From NCBI GenBank assembly GCA_964383505.1, contig CAYLHB010000001.1:1232-65231 (forward strand): a DNA stretch of 64,000 nucleotides, in the 5' to 3' direction. The first letter of the stretch is position 1. Every line of letters begins with the position of its first letter. Origin of the DNA: an uncultured Candidatus Saccharibacteria bacterium (GTDB lineage: Bacteria; Patescibacteriota; Minisyncoccia; Phycocordibacterales; UBA12088). This document shows, piece after piece, positions 58,737-64,000 of this stretch. Made by a program: the position numbers and the translations under genes. The notes beneath the pieces are model-generated. The model was given only the letters and a program-made list of their open reading frames with translations, was not told the DNA's origin and did no database searches.

Positions 58737-58912
58737 GCCGATGACAGGGGACAAGGAACATAGTAGAGTGGGAGCATGAACAATCTCTTCAACCGTTCAT
58801 TTTTCAGGTTCACACTTGGCTTCCTTGGCATTCTCTTAGTGAGTTTCACTCTCGCGCTCGTAATTTCCCATTTTGGCGAGGAGCAGTCCGCAAGTGCAAC
58901 CAACGCCGGTAG

Positions 58913-59437
58913 GTGAAAACTATGAACAAAGATGACCAAGCGCAGTGGCATTTCCTTTTCTCACTTTTCTTTGTAGGGGTGGCGGGAGTGCTCTACGCAA
59001 TACTTCTCGAGACTGTGCCTGTGCCTCGGAAGATTCCCTTGTTCGAGGCACTCCTCATTGCACTCGCGACATTCCGACTCACGCGATTGTTTGTGTATGA
59101 CACCATCACACAGTTTGTGCGCGACTGGTTTTTAGATGTTCGAATGGTTGAAGGCAAGAGCGAGGCCGTGAGGGAGAAGCCCGCGTCTGGGCCGAGGCGC
59201 ACAATCGCGACACTCCTTGGTTGTCCGTGGTGTTTTGCAGTGTGGCCTGCCCTCGTTCTCTCGTTTTTCTACTTCTATACACCCCACGCATGGTTTTTCA
59301 TACTCGTGCTCGCACTAGCAGGAGTGGCGAGTATCTTTCAAGTGGTAGCGAATCTCATTGGCTGGAGCGCAGAGTTTAAGAAGTGTGCGGTGACGGGTGT
59401 ACAGGGGGGTGGACAGCACTCCGGGACTTGCGGATGA
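58913..59437 (+). CDS. DUF1360-family membrane protein
   Basis: LATFRLTRLFVYDTIT...TLLGCPWCFAVWPALV (the RLTRL and GCPWC motifs characteristic of DUF1360). Confidence 0.55.
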   Translation: MKTMNKDDQAQWHFLFSLFFVGVAGVLYAILLETVPVPRKIPLFEALLIALATFRLTRLFVYDTITQFVRDWFLDVRMVEGKSEAVREKPASGPRRTIATLLGCPWCFAVWPALVLSFFYFYTPHAWFFILVLALAGVASIFQVVANLIGWSAEFKKCAVTGVQGGGQHSGTCG

Positions 59438-59442
59438 GCGAA

Positions 59443-59465
59443 AAAGGTACCCGGTCCCTTTAATT
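59443..59465. repeat. copy 2 of the AAAGGTACCCGGTC(C/T)CTTTA(A/T)TT motif, abutting a TTGACA -35 element
   Basis: 22/23 identical to 57985-58007. Starts 6 bp after the DUF1360 stop. TTGACA lies at 59474-59479. Confidence 0.5.
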
Positions 59466-59473
59466 CGGGGGCT

Positions 59474-59500
59474 TGACAGAATTTTAGGGTATGCTAAGAT
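59474..59500 (+). promoter_or_regulatory. candidate promoter: TTGACA, 15-nt spacer, extended -10 TGcTAAGAT
   Basis: Consensus -35. The -10 is weaker but has the TGn extension. Confidence 0.35.
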
Positions 59501-59602
59501 ACTAGATGGAGCCGGTTACCCGTCGTGCCAGCTAGACAACGTGCCTAGTGAGGCAATGGGTAACGCGCTCTTTCGAGAACTGTCGAAACAGGAGAAAAAA
59601 AC

Positions 59603-59713
59603 ATGTCGCACACGCGCGCCGGTCCGACGACCGGTAAGACCGTCATGGATGTGAACCAACGCGACATGGGTACCGACAACATCGAGACCGGCGCCGGCGT
59701 CAGCACCGCCTGA
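59603..59713 (+). CDS. candidate small ORF (36 aa: MSHTRAGPTTGKTVMDVNQRDMGTDNIETGAGVSTA)
   Basis: GGAG 8 nt upstream of the ATG. Downstream of the candidate promoter. No homology recognised. Confidence 0.2.
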   Translation: MSHTRAGPTTGKTVMDVNQRDMGTDNIETGAGVSTA

Positions 59714-59844
59714 GACGCCGACCCTGATCGAGCGCGCGGCATCTCGCCTGTATGCATAGCACTTAAGGAGGGAAAAGCCATCAACCCAAGCTAGTATGAG
59801 CGAGACTCAGAACACTTGGGCTGGAAGCGACAAGTTATTCATTC

Positions 59845-59873
59845 GGGGCCGGCAGTGCTACACTGCCGGCCCC
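59845..59873. repeat. perfect 13-bp stem / 3-nt loop hairpin GGGGCCGGCAGTG-CTA-CACTGCCGGCCCC
   Basis: Read directly. No T-run follows, so it is not a canonical terminator. Candidate RNA stability or protein-binding element. Confidence 0.5.
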
Positions 59874-60041
59874 TTCGACTTGACACGAAGGATAGTCGAG
59901 TGCTACATTCTTTTTGGTTAGGGGGACGCGGCACCCACATATTTTGCCGCATACTGGCTATAAGGGGGTGGCCCCCGTGCGGGCATGTTCCGCGACAATA
60001 TTAGGGAGGCTCATGCATGACGCATCGGGCCTCCATTTGTT

Positions 60042-60069
60042 TTGACAATATTCAAATCTCCCGTATACT
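60042..60069 (+). promoter_or_regulatory. rplJ-rplL promoter: TTGACA, 16 nt, TATACT
   Basis: Near-consensus hexamers ~175 nt upstream of the rplJ start. Confidence 0.55.
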
Positions 60070-60075
60070 CGCACC

Positions 60076-60244
60076 CATAGCCCCGGAGACAGCAGGTAGT
60101 TGCGTGAGCGACCATAAATCCTGCCGAGAGGTTTCTCACCGTTTGCACAGGTCGAGTGTGTACGGCTTCGGTGGCTCTTATGAGCCAATTTTTGATGATC
60201 TTGTAACGCAATCTCGCGTTGCTCGATTCTTAACAAGATCTATC
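60076..60244 (+). promoter_or_regulatory. L10 (rplJ) leader / 5'UTR, candidate autoregulatory element
   Basis: ~170-nt structured untranslated leader between promoter and rplJ start. Bacterial rplJL operons commonly carry an L10(L12)4-binding leader here. Confidence 0.4.
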
Positions 60245-60736
60245 ATGGCTGTAACAAAACAAAAAAAGGTTGAGATTCTCGACACCCTGTCCACGGGAGC
60301 GAAATCAGCAAAGTCGATGGTCTTTGTCGGTTTTCGCAAGCTCACGGTAAAGGATACTGAGGAGCTTCGACGCAAATTGCGCGCCGAGCACGTGTCGTAC
60401 TATGTGGCGAAAAAGACGCTCATACGCAAAGCGCTCACAGAGCTTGGTCTTGAGGGAACCATGCCGGAGCTTCCCGGAGAGGTTGCGCTCGCGTGGGGGG
60501 AGGACCTCATCGCGCCTGCGCGGGAGATCAACGAGTACGCGAAGACCAAGAAAGAGCAGGTGCTCATTCTCGGCGGCGTGTTCGAGGGGAAGTTTATGGA
60601 TGCGGCGGAGATGACGGAGATAGCGACTATCCCGTCTCGCCACCAACTCCTCGGCATGTTCGTTAATCTTATCAATTCGCCCATCCAGCGTTTTGCGGTT
60701 GTACTCGACAGGTACGCGGAGAAGCGTGGTGAGTAG
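60245..60736 (+). CDS. rplJ: 50S ribosomal protein L10
   Basis: MAVTKQKKVEILDTLSTGAKSAKSMVFVGFRKLTVKDTEELRRKLRAEHVSYYVAKKTLIRKAL; 164 aa. Confidence 0.9.
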   Translation: MAVTKQKKVEILDTLSTGAKSAKSMVFVGFRKLTVKDTEELRRKLRAEHVSYYVAKKTLIRKALTELGLEGTMPELPGEVALAWGEDLIAPAREINEYAKTKKEQVLILGGVFEGKFMDAAEMTEIATIPSRHQLLGMFVNLINSPIQRFAVVLDRYAEKRGE

Positions 60737-60783
60737 CACGTGTAAAAATTACAAGCAGTATCATTCACTAACATACAACTACC

Positions 60784-61260
60784 ATGGCAGATGAAGACAC
60801 AAAGCAGGAGGTTGTCGAAACGACTCCTGCAACAGAAGAGGTAAAGGAAACTTCGGCACCCGCAGAGGAAGAGAAAGCAGAAGTGCCGGCAAAATTCAAA
60901 GCGCTTGTTGAGCAGGTGGAATCCATGAGCGTGCTTGAGCTCCATGAGCTCGTCAAGGCACTCGAGAAGCGTTTCGGAGTGTCAGCGGCCGCGGTCGCTA
61001 TAGCGGCTCCGGGTGCCGGAGCAGGCGCGGGTGCGGCTGAGGAGGAGAAGTCCACGTTCACAGTTGAGCTCACCGACGGTGGTGCACAAAAGATTGCGGT
61101 TATCAAGGTGGTGAAGGAGGTGCTCGGTCTTGGCCTCAAGGAGGCGAAGGATCTTGTAGACGGTGCGCCTTCTGTACTCAAGGAGAATGTACAGAAGGAA
61201 GAAGCGGAAGAATTGAAGAAGAAAATGGAAGAGGCGGGAGGAAAGGTGACACTCAAGTAG
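60784..61260 (+). CDS. rplL: 50S ribosomal protein L7/L12 (with ~30-aa N-terminal extension)
   Basis: Ala/Gly hinge ([15 protein letters not shown]) and C-terminal domain [27 protein letters not shown]...[21 protein letters not shown]. Confidence 0.9.
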   Translation: MADEDTKQEVVETTPATEEVKETSAPAEEEKAEVPAKFKALVEQVESMSVLELHELVKALEKRFGVSAAAVAIAAPGAGAGAGAAEEEKSTFTVELTDGGAQKIAVIKVVKEVLGLGLKEAKDLVDGAPSVLKENVQKEEAEELKKKMEEAGGKVTLK

Positions 61261-61285
61261 GAGTATTCAAACAGCACACATAGAG

Positions 61286-61314
61286 ACACGCACCTGCAAG
61301 GGTGCGTGTTTCGG
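61286..61314 (+). terminator. intrinsic terminator after rplL
   Basis: ACACGCACC-TGCAAG-GGTGCGTGT followed by TTTCGG. Confidence 0.55.
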
Positions 61315-61394
61315 TATACCTTCCTCGTGCCTTTTCATTACAGAATCTCTGTATTATGCTTACGTGTAGGTGCAAACACGTTATGGGTTGTGCT

Positions 61395-61544
61395 ATGCAA
61401 AATACTCAGAAACGGCAGGTACCAAAGCCCGCAACAAAGAAACCGGCCCAGTGGCCTGAAGCACCAAGGTGGTTGCTTCTGCTTACACCGCTTATAATTG
61501 TGGCAATTATGCTGCGGATAGTTTTTATAGGTAACCCCGGATGA
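61395..61544 (+). CDS. candidate small C-tail-anchored membrane protein (49 aa)
   Basis: MQNTQKRQVPKPATKKPAQWPEAPRWLLLLTPLIIVAIMLRIVFIGNPG: basic N-terminus plus one TM helix. Followed by hairpin AACCCCGGATG-ACAAC-ATCCGGGGTTT. No strong SD. Confidence 0.3.
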   Translation: MQNTQKRQVPKPATKKPAQWPEAPRWLLLLTPLIIVAIMLRIVFIGNPG

Positions 61545-61562
61545 CAACATCCGGGGTTTCCC
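61533..61562 (+). terminator. hairpin terminator overlapping the small ORF stop
   Basis: 11-bp stem AACCCCGGATG/CATCCGGGGTT followed by TTCCC. Confidence 0.45.
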
Positions 61563-61566
61563 ACAA

Positions 61567-62220
61567 GTGGTGCGCGGCTTCGCGAGGCCGTATACTACCT
61601 CCCATATGCGCGAGCTTTCAAAGCTTTTTGGTTCTCCTGCGAAGGTGAAGTTGCTCCGTTTGTTCTGTTTCAACCCAGACCTCGTAGTGGACAGGGATGA
61701 TGTCGTGAAGCGTCTTCGCATTTCTCCCGACACCGCTACAAGAGAGCTTGCGGCGCTCGGGAGGGCGGGGGTGCTCCGCAAGCGCGAGTTTTTCAAAGAG
61801 TACGGCACCGATGCGAAGGGAAACCCAAAGAAGCGGCGAGCGGCGGGGTGGATGCTTGATGCACGCCACCCTCACCTCACGCCACTCCGTACTTTCTTGG
61901 CAGATACACTTCTGCCGACAGGGGACGAGATTCTCAAGCACCTCAAGGGGGTGGGCCAGCTTCGCCTTGTCGTGACGAGCGGCCTTTTTTTGCAAAACGG
62001 GGAGAGCGCGCTTGACCTCCTCATTGTGGGAGAGAAAATTGACGTCCAGGCGCTTGCACTTTCCATACGTCAGCTCGAAGCAGAGCTCGGTAAGGAGCTT
62101 CGCTACGCAACCCTCACGTCGGATGATTTTGCGTTTCGAAAGCGTGTACAGGACAGGTTGGTTCGCGAGGTGCTCGATTTTCCCCATGAGTGCATACTCG
62201 ACCGTCTACACGCCACGTAA
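61567..62220 (+). CDS. hypothetical protein with N-terminal winged-HTH (start uncertain)
   Basis: DDVVKRLRISPDTATRELAALGRAGVLRK is wHTH-like. The C-terminal domain is unassigned. The antisense 189-aa ORF was judged spurious. Confidence 0.5.
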   Translation: MVRGFARPYTTSHMRELSKLFGSPAKVKLLRLFCFNPDLVVDRDDVVKRLRISPDTATRELAALGRAGVLRKREFFKEYGTDAKGNPKKRRAAGWMLDARHPHLTPLRTFLADTLLPTGDEILKHLKGVGQLRLVVTSGLFLQNGESALDLLIVGEKIDVQALALSIRQLEAELGKELRYATLTSDDFAFRKRVQDRLVREVLDFPHECILDRLHAT

Positions 62221-62291
62221 TCCACATACTTCTCCACACCAGCTCTGCAAAAGCGAGCGAATGTAGATAATGTGTTGCGATGTAGCCATAT

Positions 62292-62319
62292 TTGACAAGG
62301 TTTTCAGTGTGAGTATACT
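62292..62319 (+). promoter_or_regulatory. consensus sigma70-like promoter TTGACA, 16 nt, TATACT
   Basis: Read directly. No protein gene follows before a terminator ~80 nt downstream. Confidence 0.45.
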
Positions 62320-62325
62320 GTCTCT

Positions 62326-62418
62326 ACCTTATGAAGGGTATTACAAGCTCACAGCGTATGCGGGTCGGGTAGCCGGTGTATTTGTGGGGCTACGCAGACC
62401 GCGCAAGCGGTTTTTTTC
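62326..62418 (+). ncRNA. candidate small RNA (~90 nt) bounded by consensus promoter and intrinsic terminator, immediately upstream of 23S rRNA
   Basis: Promoter at 62292-62319. Terminator ACCGC-GCAA-GCGGT + T7 at 62398-62418. No ORF longer than 13 codons. Identity not recognised. Confidence 0.25.
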
Positions 62419-62929
62419 TTCCCAGCATACTACCTATACAACACCCACACACAGCCATTCTTTCTTCGCACAGGGCACATGCGTGTGCATTGAAGCGGAG
62501 ACGGAATGACCGAAACGGAAGGGCGGCCGAACATTGACAACTCCATAGGTCCCGGTAGGTGCGCAAGCGCCTAGTGCGGGACGCGGGTACGCTTGAAAGC
62601 AGAGGTGCTTTCAAGCGTGAAAAAGCATACACCTGTCCGGTAGCGTTAGCGTTTAGCGCGCCGGACACAGTCGAGTCCCACAGAAGCGACGCCCCCAATG
62701 CGGTGGTGGCCTTGCGTACAGTGCGGTATGGCAACATGCTGCGGTGCTATAGTGGGTTCGACATTGTTAGATTTCCCGACAGGAAATCTAAGGGCATACG
62801 GTGGATGCCTTGGCTTGAAGAGGCGATGAAGGACGTGGTACGACTGCGATAAGCTTCGGGGAGGTGTCTAGCAACCTTTGATCCGGAGATGTCCGAATGG
62901 GGAAACCCCCTATGACAAACTCATAGGAT

Positions 62930-63022
62930 CCGGCACTTTCTAAGAATCTGTATAAAACACAACAGGAGTACTCCTAAAAGGAAACTTGCTGTGAAAAGAA
63001 TCGGAGTTTTAGAAAGTGCCGG
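62930..63022 (+). repeat. 23S insertion 1 (helix 9/10 region), ~93 nt, closed by CCGGCACUUUCUAA / UUAGAAAGUGCCGG
   Basis: Absent from the canonical 23S core. Its terminal inverted repeat is shared with insertions 2 and 3. Confidence 0.6.
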
Positions 63023-63169
63023 AAGCAGACCCAGGGAATTGAAACATCTTAGTACCTGGTGGAAAAGAGACCAATAACGGATTTTTTGCCGTGGCGGCGT
63101 CCATTGCCGGTACGGTAAAAAATCCAGGCATTTCCTGAGTAGCGGCGAGCGAAACGGAAGGAGCCCAAA

Positions 63170-63267
63170 CCCAGCACTTTCTAAGTGTCTAACATAGAAC
63201 TACACGGATCCTTATGGTGATACGGCGTCTGTGTTGTAAAATGTTGGATATTGAGAAAGTGCTGGGG
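63170..63267 (+). repeat. 23S insertion 2, ~98 nt, closed by CCCAGCACUUUCUAA / UUGAGAAAGUGCUGGG
   Basis: Same GCACUUUCUA/AGAAAGUGC closing stem. Lies between AGCCCAAACC and GGGUUGUAGGGCGG. Confidence 0.6.
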
Positions 63268-63471
63268 GTTGTAGGGCGGTAGCGTCGGCAACGAGGAGAG
63301 TCATAAAATGTGTTTGTTAGCGGAACGCTCTGGAAAGGGCGGCCCCAGCGGGTAACAGCCCCGTACGCGAAAACGAACACGTCTCTCTTACTACCGTTCC
63401 TGAGTAGCGCGGGACACGAATAGCCTGCGTGAATCCGGGTGCACTAACACCCAAGGCTAAATACTCTTCAA

Positions 63472-63517
<46 letters not shown>

Positions 63518-63567
63518 GGGAGGGGAGTGAAATAGAACTGAAACCGTATGCTTACAAGGAGTCGGAG

Positions 63568-63664
63568 CCCCGCACTTTCTAGAACTTGAGTGGCACACTG
63601 AGCTCAAGAATGGAGAAGGTATCTGTTGCGTGCAGAACCTGTTTGAGTTTTAGAAAGTGCGGGG
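63568..63664 (+). repeat. 23S insertion 3 (helix 25 region), ~97 nt, closed by CCCCGCACUUUCUAG / UUAGAAAGUGCGGGG
   Basis: Located where helix 25 IVSs occur in other bacteria (between AGUCGGAGC and GUGACGGCGUGCCUAUUGAAGAAUGAGCCGGCGAG). Same closing stem as the other two. Confidence 0.6.
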
Positions 63665-64000
63665 TGACGGCGTGCCTATTGAAGAATGAGCCGGCGAGTT
63701 TACGCACGTGGCTATGGCTAAGGGGCGACCCCCGGAGCCGCAGCGAAAGCGAGTCTGAATAGGGCGATTCAGTCGCGCGCGTAAGACCCGAATCGAGGTG
63801 AGCTTACCATGAGCAGGGTGAAGCGGCTGTAACAGGCCGTGGAGGCCCGAACCGGTTCGCAGTGCGACACGATCGGATGACTTGTGGTAAGGAGTGAAAA
63901 GCTAATCGAACCTCGTAATAGCTGGTTCTCTCCGAAATAGCTTTAGGGCTAGCGTCATATGTTCCCTTTGGGGGTAGAGCACTGGAAGGTCTGAATAGGG

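Noticed and set aside
58777-58917. 46-codon hydrophobic ORF between the DedA and DUF1360 genes
   Set aside because: The putative SD (GGGAG) ends only 1-2 nt before the ATG, and the ORF overlaps the DUF1360 start. Kept out of the feature list as too weak.
62640-62720. possible tRNA between the wHTH gene and the 23S (GTCGAGTCC looked like a T-arm)
   Set aside because: No complementary T-stem or acceptor stem could be drawn. More likely part of the 23S 5' leader/processing stem.

Overview
The window is a 64 kb, gene-dense stretch of a high-GC (~58-60%) bacterial chromosome that uses the standard genetic code, since long ORFs contain no in-frame UGA. Gene content and architecture look CPR/Patescibacteria-like: oversized prepilin-like proteins in a type IV pilus locus, a class-II alpha2 GlyRS, a core-only MetRS, rplJ-rplL uncoupled from rplKA/rpoBC, and a 23S rRNA gene carrying insertions. 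Order of confidently called genes: pgk(partial)-tpiA; a pilB-pilC-three giant pseudopilins operon; nusA, ppa, tig-clpP, rny, pheA-like, hup, rpsT; tRNA-Lys(UUU); a SpoU methyltransferase. Next comes a low-GC islet carrying a nested IS30 relic and an IS5-family element with a nonsense-mutated transposase. Then a Mur ligase, ruvA, and a pyrimidine/dTTP module (long-form DCD dCTP deaminase, tandem-domain ThyX, tmk, dut, with glyA nearby). A co-directional array of four aaRS genes (argS, ileS, glyQS, metG) follows, interspersed with recO-like, an AI-2E transporter and large membrane proteins. Then a low-GC island with a 1001-aa surface protein; tatD; rpsF-ssb-rpsR; efp, recA, ftsK; an acidic PG-binding surface protein; a DedA + DUF1360 pair; rplJ-rplL with leader; and the 5' ~1.2 kb of a 23S rRNA gene. 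The most unusual observations are (i) an in-frame histidine-phosphatase (PGAM-like) domain inserted into the catalytic core of IleS, and (ii) three ~95-nt insertions in the 23S rRNA 5' domain that share the same terminal inverted repeat (GCACUUUCUA/UAGAAAGUGC). All calls come from reading the sequence and ORF translations; no database search was run.
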